Source: an uncultured Gammaproteobacteria bacterium (GTDB lineage Bacteria; Patescibacteriota; Patescibacteriia; UBA11705; JABHMO01). Taken from it: a DNA stretch of 64,000 nt. The DNA is taken from contig CAZPYM010000001.1 of the NCBI GenBank assembly GCA_964590105.1, positions 160,395-224,394 of the forward strand, in the 5' to 3' direction. Under the pieces are notes generated by a model, which saw nothing but the letters and a program-made list of their open reading frames with translations, was not told the DNA's origin and searched no databases. The position numbers and the translations under genes are program-made. The number at the start of each line of letters is the position of its first letter. The stretch's first letter is position 1. Positions 1 to 7,539 of this stretch are shown here, one piece after another.

Positions 1-693
1 GCCGATCCATTCGGACTCAAACTGTTTTTCAAATACGGGTTTTAACAGCGACAAAAAACGCTCGATGAATTTTGACGCAAAATATCCCAACAGTTCGATT
101 GATTCGGACAACGACTGCGAACGAAAAAATTTCTTCTTGCCGAAAGTCCTCTCGTCAAACATATCTTTGCTTAAATACTTGCAGACATACACTCCGACAT
201 TGTTTACATTGTCTATTTTGTTGATCTTGATAAAACCTTGTCCCCAGAGAGATTGAATTTCGGCGATTTCAACAAACGGCAATTTGCAAAGCAGGTGATA
301 ATGAACCGCCCCCCGTTTTTGAAATTCGGGAACGGCGAGGTATTCAAAGTCAGGGTATTTGTAGGAAATACGCTTGATGAACTGATTGAAGATATAATTC
401 GCTTCTTTCAGGTCGGTGATGTTTTCGGCAAAAGTCAAAGTCATGAATTTGTTTAATTGCGGGTTGGAGTTGGTCAGCCGGCGGATTTCGGTTTTAGTCC
501 GATTAAGCGAAAATTTCATTTTCTGTTTTTGCGCTTCCAGCTGTTCAAAGGCGTCTAATTGTTTTGGCTCTTTTTGAGGTTTTATATTTTCAAATTGTTT
601 CGTTTCATAATCCCGCCAGATATGTTTTTTGTATTTGAATACTTCAACCTGCTTGCCCGACACCACAACCTTTAAGTTGTAGGGGTAAGCCAT
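1..693 (-). CDS. Rolling-circle replication initiator (HUH endonuclease, pC194/Rep_trans family); 5' partial, runs off the window start.
   Basis: Translating the minus strand by hand from the ATG at 693 gives MAYPYNLKVVVSGKQ... It carries motif I FMTLTF, motif II VHYHLL (HUH) and motif III VYVCKYLSKDMFDE, which resembles the pC194 Rep catalytic YxxK/E region. There is no stop before position 1. The ORF track missed it because it is open-ended. Confidence 0.75.
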   Translation of the reverse strand, partial: MAYPYNLKVVVSGKQVEVFKYKKHIWRDYETKQFENIKPQKEPKQLDAFEQLEAQKQKMKFSLNRTKTEIRRLTNSNPQLNKFMTLTFAENITDLKEANYIFNQFIKRISYKYPDFEYLAVPEFQKRGAVHYHLLCKLPFVEIAEIQSLWGQGFIKINKIDNVNNVGVYVCKYLSKDMFDERTFGKKKFFRSQSLSESIELLGYFASKFIERFLSLLKPVFEKQFESEWIG

Positions 694-774
694 AACAATT
701 TTTCGTTAGATGTGTGGTTATAATCAAGTTAAGAGAAAGCCGATTTTGACTCTCTTTGATCCGTTTACGGCAAC

Positions 775-814
775 CTTTTTTGCCGTCGGTCGGGCAACCC
801 GCCGGACAAAAAAG
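775..814. terminator. GC-rich imperfect hairpin flanked by T6 and A6. Candidate bidirectional terminator or origin-associated stem-loop between rep and the next gene.
   Basis: The sequence is ttttttgccgtcggtcgggcaacccgccggacaaaaaa. Its GGGC/GCCC core stem and the T6/A6 flanks can pair. Confidence 0.25.
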
Positions 815-1032
815 CTTGCCCGTCAAAAATTCGGAAGCCTCAAGACAAAATTCAAAATTCAGTGGCTGTTTTCCGCATCAGGTCAAGTCATTTTAGCGTC
901 AGCTTTTCCCGAATAAAGGTAGTGCGAAGCCTCCACCTTGACTCGGGCAAGCTATCAGACGCTGTGTCTTGCCTGTCCGATACGGCAAACGGCCGGCCTG
1001 CGGACATTTATCATCGGCCGAAATTCATTTAT

Positions 1033-1356
1033 ATGAATAAACAAATTGCGTCCGCTTGGACGGGTTCGGAAAAAACTTCCGACATAGTCCGAAGGCAGAT
1101 TCGCGCCCGCTGGGGCGAAGAAGAAGCCGGCAATTACGATCCTAAAAGTAATTGCTTGACTTTCAGAAGCTGGATTAAAAACGGCTTCAAGGTCAGAAAA
1201 GGCGAAAAAGCCTTAAAGTCCTTTATCGTTATTGAAGAAAAGGACAAGAACGGCCAAACCGTCTGCAAATATCCGAAAAGTATCAGTCTTTTCTATATTC
1301 GGCAGGTTGAGCCGATCGGCAAAGCCTCGAGCGAGGCTACAGTGAGCGAGTCCTAA
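1033..1356 (+). CDS. ArdC-N-like (DUF1738-like) putative ssDNA-binding domain protein. Uncertain.
   Basis: Internal ATG of ORF 862..1356. LTFRSWIKNGFKVRKGEKALKSFIV and SLFYIRQVEP resemble the ArdC N-terminal W.TF.qw...G..VrKGEKg ... vFnveQ signature. It lies on the opposite strand to the phage genes. Confidence 0.4.
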   Translation: MNKQIASAWTGSEKTSDIVRRQIRARWGEEEAGNYDPKSNCLTFRSWIKNGFKVRKGEKALKSFIVIEEKDKNGQTVCKYPKSISLFYIRQVEPIGKASSEATVSES

Positions 1357-1379
1357 CGGATTCGCTCACTTTTTGCCGT

Positions 1380-2078
1380 TTACTTTCTGCTTGTTTTCGA
1401 GTAAGGGGGAATTTCGTTTGAGTTTGGAACCAGTCCCGTGTTGTCGTTTGAGTGTTCCTTTTCGTATTCTCGGTGATATGGGAAAGCGGGATATTCGATA
1501 AAGTTGACCGCTTCATGGGTGTTGTAGCAGTTCGCTTTGGCTTTGCTTAACAGAAAAAATTTTCTTTTCACTGCCCGCCGTCTGATGTTGTCGTCTTTTA
1601 AGTCCTGAAGTTCGAAATACGAAACCATGAACAAAACATGAAACATGTTTTTCACTTCGGCGAAGTGCTGACCCAAATCCCTGATTCGCTTGTCGATGTT
1701 CGAGGTGTGCTGAACGCCCGCCCAAATGTCCAAAGGAATAATTTTGCCGTCTTTGTCTTTTTTGACATCGTGCCTGTGAGCCGAAAACTTCTGCTTGGCC
1801 GAGGGTGGCATTTCCTGCCATTCTCTCGAGTCGAAGTAGCCTTGAGCCTCGTCTATAAAAATTTGCCCGCCTTTTATATGAAGAAGCTCGGGAATTTCCG
1901 ACCAGAAATACACTTTGCCCAATTTCGCTTTATCAATCTTTTTCTTTTCCACATACTTGGAAAAATCCAGTTTCCAGTTGGCGTAAACATCGTAGCCTTT
2001 CAAAAACATTTCCAATGCTCGGTAAGTCATGTAAAGCGTTTTTCCGGCTCCGGGTTTGCCCGTGATGATCGTTATCAT
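1380..2078 (-). CDS. Zot/pI-like P-loop NTPase (filamentous phage assembly ATPase family).
   Basis: MITIITGKPGAGKTLYMTY is a Walker A, and there is a Walker B-like IFIDEAQ. Its position after the pIII/pVI-like genes matches inovirus gene I. It is shorter (232 aa) than classical pI and lacks a TM tail. Confidence 0.65.
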   Translation of the reverse strand: MITIITGKPGAGKTLYMTYRALEMFLKGYDVYANWKLDFSKYVEKKKIDKAKLGKVYFWSEIPELLHIKGGQIFIDEAQGYFDSREWQEMPPSAKQKFSAHRHDVKKDKDGKIIPLDIWAGVQHTSNIDKRIRDLGQHFAEVKNMFHVLFMVSYFELQDLKDDNIRRRAVKRKFFLLSKAKANCYNTHEAVNFIEYPAFPYHREYEKEHSNDNTGLVPNSNEIPPYSKTSRK

Positions 2079-2088
2079 AATTATTTGT

Positions 2089-2334
2089 TTAAGCCTTAAA
2101 GAAAGTGGCGACTTTCATTACCAGAGTAAACAGGAATAAAGTCATTTCCACGAAAAGAACGAGAAGCAGTATCTTGAACAAAACGAATATCGGGAATATC
2201 AGGTCTATTTTTGCGAATGTCGGATTCATCAGAGCGAAAGCGTTATTGACCGCCGTAATGACGGCGTTGCTCGGGTCTGCTTCGGGCAGAAGCCCGAAGA
2301 GTTTAATCAAGATTGTTTCGATGAGATCAAGCAT
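2089..2334 (-). CDS. pVI-like small hydrophobic minor virion protein. Positional call.
   Basis: An 81-aa, largely hydrophobic protein between the pIII-like and Zot-like genes, matching inovirus gVI placement. Confidence 0.4.
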   Translation of the reverse strand: MLDLIETILIKLFGLLPEADPSNAVITAVNNAFALMNPTFAKIDLIFPIFVLFKILLLVLFVEMTLFLFTLVMKVATFFKA

Positions 2335-2339
2335 ATTGG

Positions 2340-4013
2340 TTATTCGTTATCGCTAAAGAGGTGCGTAATCCGAAAGATCACATACACAGCGAACACCAGC
2401 CAAAGAATGGCCACGATGTAAGGACGAAGGCCGGCTGTAAAGTTCTTGACTCTTGAGTCGCTCGCGGAAAATATTTTTACATCCATGTTATACTCGCCGT
2501 CGCCAGAAACCGACTTGAATGTAATGTCGAGGGCGTTGTCGGAAGCGTCCGCATAATCGCCGTTAAACATGTCATAAAACCCGTCGTGAAAAGCGAAGTA
2601 ATAATTGAAGATGATTTTTTTCTTGAGTTCCTCGACCAAACGGGGAAAGAAATAATCGTAATCATCGGGGTTGTAGATAAAGTCCAAATCGGAAACATAA
2701 ATCCCGAACGGATATTGTCTTTTCATTTCGCCCGATTCGGTAAGCTGGACGACATAGTGCAGTCCCTGTTCCTCCGAAGCCTCGAAGTTGACCGTGTAAT
2801 TCCAAGTGTCCGGCATATCCGCCAAATCTTCGTTGTGATAGTTTGCGTCAAGAAGATTGCCGTCGGAGTCATACTGCTTAATGTTGAAATTCATGTTGGC
2901 AAGCTGTTCTTCGGGATAGACAAAGCCGAATGTTATGTCGGCATAAGTCGATCCCGCTGGTAGAGTCAGAGCCGTGTCGAAAATCGGCGAATGAATTTTG
3001 ATGTCATAGTCGTCATAATAATCGAAGTTGAAATACCAGTCGTCGGGATAGCCCTCGATGACTTCGATTCCGTCGACCTCGATAAAATCCATAAGCTCGT
3101 CGTAGTCCACACAGTCGCCCGAAACGCTGTCGATTTCTCTCGCAATAATTCTGTCAGTCAGTCCGCTTTTGTAGAACTGTCCCGAAAATGTCCCGCCCGT
3201 GCAGGCGACCGTGTACTGAATGTCATCAAATCCCAAACAGTCGCTCGTAAATCCGATTCGGTTGGCGCCGTCGGTCGGACATACGCCCTCTATGGTCAGC
3301 CAAGTGTCGTCGATCACGACTTCGCCGTGTTCGGGACTGGAAATGTAAAACGGTGGAGGATTGTTTGACTGAAACAATACATCGTCGAAATAGCCGTAAT
3401 TCTGATCGTAGTTTTGCAGATTCAGATCAACAATGTTCGTGGTTTCGGGGGTAATGCTCACGGGAAAATCGTAATAAGCGGAATACTCGCCGTCGTTTAC
3501 TTTCGCCCGGCATTTTCTGTTTTCAAGATCGTAGTTGACGGTAATGGTCGTCCAAGTATTTGATGTGAATGTTCCGACCGTTGTCGTTCCCTCACCGTGC
3601 AGAAGCTGAACAGTGTTGTCATAGGTTTTGGTCATACAGACATCCATGCTGTTCTCATTTCGGGGACGAAATTCCATTCTTTGCGTATTGCCTCCGCTCA
3701 CACTGCTTTTGTAAAAAGCAAATGAGATCGAGTCCGAATAATCCAATAAATTCGTCCCTATCGTGTAGTGAATAGAACTGCTGTAAGTGCCTCGTTTCGA
3801 ATACACGCTTTTTTGCCCGGATAAAGCTTGTGCCGTCGAAACGGTCGCGGAGCCGTAAACCACAGTCCAATCGCCCTGCCCGTTAAGGTCGCCGACTGAA
3901 AATCCCTCGAAATCTTGATTTGTCCAAGTCGAAGCTAAAGCCGACATTGGAAACAGTACGGAAGCGGTCAGCAATAAGATCGACATTATTTTTAGTTTTG
4001 TATTTCCTTTCAT
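2340..4013 (-). CDS. pIII-like receptor-binding/adsorption minor coat protein. Secreted, with a C-terminal membrane anchor.
   Basis: I chose the start at ATG 4013 (MKGNTKLKIMSILLLTASVLFPMSALAS signal peptide) with AAGGA 8 nt upstream; the ORF-track start at 4052 is a TTG. It is rich in D/Y/N/G, and the C-terminal TM is RPYIVAILWLVFAVYVIF. It sits directly downstream of the major coat gene, as inovirus gIII does. Confidence 0.5.
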   Translation of the reverse strand: MKGNTKLKIMSILLLTASVLFPMSALASTWTNQDFEGFSVGDLNGQGDWTVVYGSATVSTAQALSGQKSVYSKRGTYSSSIHYTIGTNLLDYSDSISFAFYKSSVSGGNTQRMEFRPRNENSMDVCMTKTYDNTVQLLHGEGTTTVGTFTSNTWTTITVNYDLENRKCRAKVNDGEYSAYYDFPVSITPETTNIVDLNLQNYDQNYGYFDDVLFQSNNPPPFYISSPEHGEVVIDDTWLTIEGVCPTDGANRIGFTSDCLGFDDIQYTVACTGGTFSGQFYKSGLTDRIIAREIDSVSGDCVDYDELMDFIEVDGIEVIEGYPDDWYFNFDYYDDYDIKIHSPIFDTALTLPAGSTYADITFGFVYPEEQLANMNFNIKQYDSDGNLLDANYHNEDLADMPDTWNYTVNFEASEEQGLHYVVQLTESGEMKRQYPFGIYVSDLDFIYNPDDYDYFFPRLVEELKKKIIFNYYFAFHDGFYDMFNGDYADASDNALDITFKSVSGDGEYNMDVKIFSASDSRVKNFTAGLRPYIVAILWLVFAVYVIFRITHLFSDNE

Positions 4014-4079
4014 AAATATCCTTTTAAGACGAAAGCGGGGGCTTTTGCCCAAAGTAGTGGCAAGCCCCCGCCGTCAGGC

Positions 4080-4349
4080 CTATCGCATGAAGCGTCTTGC
4101 CAATCGCCAGACGAAGCCGATTGAGAAGATGATCACACCCACAATCACGATGTTGGTGATATTAGCGGTGATAACACCGACAATGTTCTCTTTCATCGTG
4201 TCCACCACACTGGCGGTGGTTGCGGCGACATCCGTGTCAACGGCCGCGAAAGCGGTTGATCCCGCCAACAGTCCGCCTGCTACCGTAAGTGAAAGGGCGG
4301 TCAGTTTGGCCTTGCTTCCCGAGATTAAGCCTTTGATTTTGGTCATCAT
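4080..4349 (-). CDS. Inovirus major coat protein (pVIII-like) precursor.
   Basis: An 89-aa precursor with a signal peptide ending ...STAFA. The mature ~54-aa peptide has an acidic N-terminus, a hydrophobic core (IVIVGVIIFSIGFVW) and a basic C-terminus RLARRFMR, which is the classic g8p architecture. Confidence 0.6.
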   Translation of the reverse strand: MMTKIKGLISGSKAKLTALSLTVAGGLLAGSTAFAAVDTDVAATTASVVDTMKENIVGVITANITNIVIVGVIIFSIGFVWRLARRFMR

Positions 4350-4354
4350 AAGTT

Positions 4355-4507
4355 TTATGAGTTAATTTTTTTAACGAATAACGATAGTACGCCGACCACT
4401 GTCCCGATTATCAGACCGAGGACAATCGCTTTAGCGAAGACGGTTCCTATTAAAAGGAAATCATCCAAGTAGCACGAATTGTTCAGTAAAATATAAGCGG
4501 AACACAT
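4355..4507 (-). CDS. Small hydrophobic virion/assembly protein (pVII/pIX-like). Not in the ORF track (<60 aa).
   Basis: My manual translation gives MCSAYILLNNSCYLDDFLLIGTVFAKAIVLGLIIGTVVGVLSLFVKKINS (50 aa). It is packed 5 nt upstream of the major coat gene. Confidence 0.35.
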   Translation of the reverse strand: MCSAYILLNNSCYLDDFLLIGTVFAKAIVLGLIIGTVVGVLSLFVKKINS

Positions 4508-4508
4508 A

Positions 4509-4619
4509 CTATTTGCCCGAAATAATCGCTAAAAAAATGCTCAAGACCGTGTATAAAACAAGAGGAAAAACGAGGCTCAATCCCACTCCGGCGAATAAAT
4601 TGTTTATCATTCCTGCCAT
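4509..4619 (-). CDS. Small hydrophobic protein (pVII/pIX-like), 36 aa.
   Basis: My manual translation gives MAGMINNLFAGVGLSLVFPLVLYTVLSIFLAIISGK. It lies 1 nt from the neighbouring mini-ORF. Confidence 0.3.
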   Translation of the reverse strand: MAGMINNLFAGVGLSLVFPLVLYTVLSIFLAIISGK

Positions 4620-4621
4620 AT

Positions 4622-4774
4622 TTAGGATTTGAAAATAATCAGGAGGATTATCAACGCCAGCAGTCCGAAGATGACCGCAAATGAAACCGTCAGCAGTTGG
4701 CTGAAAAAATTGATTAAATCCAACGCTTGATCGGTCAGAGCGTATGTTTCGGTTGCCGTTGTAAGAAAATCCAT
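4622..4774 (-). CDS. Small hydrophobic protein (pVII/pIX-like), 50 aa.
   Basis: My manual translation gives MDFLTTATETYALTDQALDLINFFSQLLTVSFAVIFGLLALIILLIIFKS. It lies between the pV-like and coat genes. Confidence 0.35.
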   Translation of the reverse strand: MDFLTTATETYALTDQALDLINFFSQLLTVSFAVIFGLLALIILLIIFKS

Positions 4775-4777
4775 AGA

Positions 4778-5041
4778 TTATTTTTTGTTCGGGATATAGT
4801 AATCCGCGAAAGCCCGCTTTCGTTTCTTGTCCTGAATGTAGTAAGGGAAGATAGACACATTTAAAGACACAGTGTCGCCTTGTTTTCCGATTTTCAAGTC
4901 CATATCGGACACATTAACTTTAATCGGATAGACGCTTCCTTCGGGTTCGATAAAAAGCGTCCGGCTTTTTCCTTCACTCCCGTCTTTGCGGGTGAATTCC
5001 CTTATCTCCTCTTTTTTGAGGACTCCTGTAAGTTTGAACAT
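4778..5041 (-). CDS. Putative ssDNA-binding protein (pV-like, OB-fold-like).
   Basis: An 87-aa protein (the same size as Ff g5p). Its beta-rich pattern includes G/K residues and a conserved aromatic (VYPIKVNV...VSLNVSIFPYY). It is first in the phage structural gene string, as gV is. Confidence 0.4.
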   Translation of the reverse strand: MFKLTGVLKKEEIREFTRKDGSEGKSRTLFIEPEGSVYPIKVNVSDMDLKIGKQGDTVSLNVSIFPYYIQDKKRKRAFADYYIPNKK

Positions 5042-5206
5042 AACTTTTTTGGCTTTTGGTTAATTAGCTCGCAATCGACCTTTTATATTTGCGATTATGT
5101 TTCAAGCATAGAAAATCAATATTCTGAAAAGTTCAGGTAGCCGTTTTCAGAACAATAAAAAAAGCCCCGAATTAAGGGACTTTTACGGTCTTGTTTTTTA
5201 GAATTT

Positions 5207-6013
5207 TTACAGGTATTTACGGTTCAGTTTTACCTTGCCTTTTTTGCCGGTATTGAATTTAAGAAAATCTTTAATGCCGACGGCCTGTTCGATTTTCTTG
5301 TTCAATTCCGCACAGGAGTTGTTGTATTTTTTCCAGTTGTTTTTGTTGGCTTTGTATTCGAGTTCGCCGAATTCGTCCTCGGCGATTTCCGAATAATAAA
5401 AATCGTCGGTCAGATTGTCTTTGTTGGTTATGAAAATATAGTGCAGTATTTTATGGGCGTTCGTTATTTTATCCTGTTTGCTTATCCTGATTTTGTTTCC
5501 TTTAAAGTGAAGTTCGCTTTTGTCTTCATTGAAAAAAGTTTTTTCGTCCTTGTCGTCGCCGTTTAAAAAACACTCCTGATCCAGTCGGTCGAAAATTTCG
5601 CTGTTTACAACTTTGAACGACAAAATCAGCATTTGCTTAGAATAGGGTTTTGAAAAAAGATGACAAAGTGCGCTTAATTCTTCCTTATCATAAGTTCGAC
5701 ATTTCCTCATTTTCTTCATTTTTCCGTAGATTATTTCCAGATTGCTGTAATATGTCCAAAACTCATGCGAAAAAATAGCTTTGCCTTTGACATCGAGAAA
5801 TTTGTCCTCGTCCATACAGTCATCGGGTTCGCCGATGATTTTCGCCGTGTCATCGAATATGCTTTGAAGGATGTTTTTAACGAGCGGGTCGGTGTTAAGG
5901 AAGTAAATGTATTTGTAAACGATAACAAACCGCTGAAAAAAGTTCCGTTCGATCGAAAAAAGACGAGCAAACTCGTTCATCTTTTCTTTGATGTTTTGAG
6001 CGGTAAACTGCAT
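5207..6013 (-). CDS. Hypothetical protein (268 aa from the first ATG; the ORF-track start at 6070 is a TTG).
   Basis: Long ORF with no recognisable motif. It lies between the YjzC-like minigene and the phage module. Confidence 0.4.
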   Translation of the reverse strand: MQFTAQNIKEKMNEFARLFSIERNFFQRFVIVYKYIYFLNTDPLVKNILQSIFDDTAKIIGEPDDCMDEDKFLDVKGKAIFSHEFWTYYSNLEIIYGKMKKMRKCRTYDKEELSALCHLFSKPYSKQMLILSFKVVNSEIFDRLDQECFLNGDDKDEKTFFNEDKSELHFKGNKIRISKQDKITNAHKILHYIFITNKDNLTDDFYYSEIAEDEFGELEYKANKNNWKKYNNSCAELNKKIEQAVGIKDFLKFNTGKKGKVKLNRKYL

Positions 6014-6073
6014 GGCTTTGGGGTATAAAAATGCTTTTTGTTCACAGAAAAGCCAGCAAGAGTGAGTCAAAGT

Positions 6074-6244
6074 TTATCGGTTTTTATGCTTTGTCCTGTC
6101 GACAAGTGTAAAAACCTTAGCTTTGCCGTCATACGGAGGAACACGGTCTCCGCCCGAGAGAGTGATCTCTCGTTTTGTGCCGGTCGGTCTGTACTGACCT
6201 GACACTTTCGCGGTTTGACCCGTCCTGACTTTTACCTTAGGCAT
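6074..6244 (-). CDS. YjzC-like small protein (56 aa). Not in the ORF track.
   Basis: My manual translation gives MPKVKVRTGQTAKVSGQYRPTGTKREITLSGGDRVPPYDGKAKVFTLVDRTKHKNR. The pattern G..A..SG.Y...G.....I.L..G...PP resembles the YjzC family. Confidence 0.35.
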   Translation of the reverse strand: MPKVKVRTGQTAKVSGQYRPTGTKREITLSGGDRVPPYDGKAKVFTLVDRTKHKNR

Positions 6245-6421
6245 AAGTTTGAGGTTAGGTGAATTAGAAATAGAAGCGTCCGACTTTAATCCGCTCCCAA
6301 CTCTGAAAACCTGAAACAGATTTTCAAAAGGAGAGCGATTAAAGTGAGCTAGGCTAAATCATTTTTCACAGCCCCCAAGCTTATTCTCTCGCTGGCTTTA
6401 CTGAAAACAAATTGTAAAATT

Positions 6422-7021
6422 TTATTTTAAATTTCTTATAATTTTTACAACTACACCCCTTATTTCAATTTCTTTTCTATACATCGGTTTATATGTCGGA
6501 TTAGCCGGTTGCAGTCTAATGTTGTCTGTTTCCTTGTAATATTTTTTTAATGTTGCTTCGTTGTCTTCCAGTACGGCCACTATTGTGTCGCCGTTTTCAG
6601 CCGTTTCTTGTTTTTTTACAATTATGATGTCGTCGTCGAATATACCGTCGCCGATCATGGAGTCGCCCTTTGCCCGCAAAGCATAAAGATTTCCTTTAAG
6701 CATAGGTTCTCGGGCTATTCTTACGGTTTCATCTTGTTCTTCAACAGCTTCAATCGGGCTACCGCAGGCAATTACTCCTTTTATGGGTATTTCAAGGTAT
6801 TGGTTTCTTTTTTTAGGCAAATACAAGCCCCGCTCCTTGCGTTCGTCTTTGGCTAAATATCCTTTATCCACAAGCTCGGTTATATGTTCATGCACGGTTG
6901 AGAGGGCGGACAGCCCGAATTTTTCGCCTATCTCTTCATAAAACGGGGAATAACCGTGTTCCTTGATGTATTTGGCGACGAAGTCCAATATCTGCTTTTG
7001 TCTTTTAGTCAGGGTATTCAT
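6422..7021 (-). CDS. lexA: LexA-family repressor (wHTH + S24 peptidase).
   Basis: An N-terminal LexA-type wHTH (LTKRQKQILDFVAKYIKEHGYSPFYEEIGEKFGLS...) is followed by a C-terminal S24 domain with catalytic GDSM Ser and a downstream Lys (ATLKKYY). It is about 199 aa. Confidence 0.8.
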   Translation of the reverse strand: MNTLTKRQKQILDFVAKYIKEHGYSPFYEEIGEKFGLSALSTVHEHITELVDKGYLAKDERKERGLYLPKKRNQYLEIPIKGVIACGSPIEAVEEQDETVRIAREPMLKGNLYALRAKGDSMIGDGIFDDDIIIVKKQETAENGDTIVAVLEDNEATLKKYYKETDNIRLQPANPTYKPMYRKEIEIRGVVVKIIRNLK

Positions 7022-7033
7022 ATGCTATTATAA

Positions 7034-7062
7034 ATTATACCCGAACTGTCCCCGAAGTGCAA
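7034..7062 (-). promoter_or_regulatory. Sigma70-like promoter for lexA (-35 TTGCAC, 17-nt spacer, -10 TATAAT, read on the minus strand).
   Basis: The reverse complement of 7022-7062 reads TTGCACttcggggacagttcgggTATAATttataatagcATATG. No clear palindromic SOS box was recognised. Confidence 0.35.
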
Positions 7063-7183
7063 CATGTAAAATTTGTGGACAAAGATAAATAAAAAGGCTA
7101 TAATTTAAGCAACAAATTAATATATTACTACAAAATTGCGGATGCTCTTGGCGTTTCGCTTGATGATTTAATGAAATAAAAAT

Positions 7184-7537
7184 ATGGAAATAATAAGTTT
7201 TATTATTAATATTGTTCAGGTCATCATTTCAGTACTTAGTTGGCCTTTCAGAAAAATACGAAATATTATGGAAATAAAAAAAATCAGAATAAAACAAAAA
7301 GCTGATCATTTACAGGATGTTAAAGGGATGAGTGTTGATTTGGGTAATGGTGAAAAGGTGCAAATAAACGATGTAGATATTGAGCAACAGGCCAAAACTC
7401 TACAAAATACAACGGGTATGGAATTTAAAGCAACAGGCAAGCAAGAGGCGGAATTGGAAAATATAGACATAAAGAGTCCGATTGGCAGAGTAAAAATTTC
7501 AAAGGGGGTAACTATTAACAAACAAGTGGATCAATAA
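7184..7537 (+). CDS. Hypothetical small protein (117 aa; could start at an internal Met). First gene of the MTase operon.
   Basis: Its ORF ends 3 nt before the methyltransferase start. No recognisable motif. Confidence 0.3.
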   Translation: MEIISFIINIVQVIISVLSWPFRKIRNIMEIKKIRIKQKADHLQDVKGMSVDLGNGEKVQINDVDIEQQAKTLQNTTGMEFKATGKQEAELENIDIKSPIGRVKISKGVTINKQVDQ

Positions 7538-7539
7538 TT

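Noticed and set aside
224-231. TCTTGATA, identical to the pC194-family dso nick-site core, inside the rep coding region.
   Set aside because: It lies on the strand antisense to rep and the phage genes, whereas the pC194-type nick is on the rep-sense strand. An AT-rich 8-mer like this is expected by chance in 64 kb. It is kept only as a note to test.
1513-2099. ORFs 1513..1821(-) and 1638..2099(+) overlapping the Zot-like gene.
   Set aside because: These are alternative frames or the antisense strand of a gene with a clear Walker A/B translation, and they have no motifs of their own.
7022-7062. SOS (LexA) box in the lexA promoter.
   Set aside because: GAACTGTCCCCGAAG is not palindromic, and neither the CTGT-N8-ACAG nor the GAAC-N4-GTTC consensus is present. 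The operator, if any, is not of a type I can recognise.
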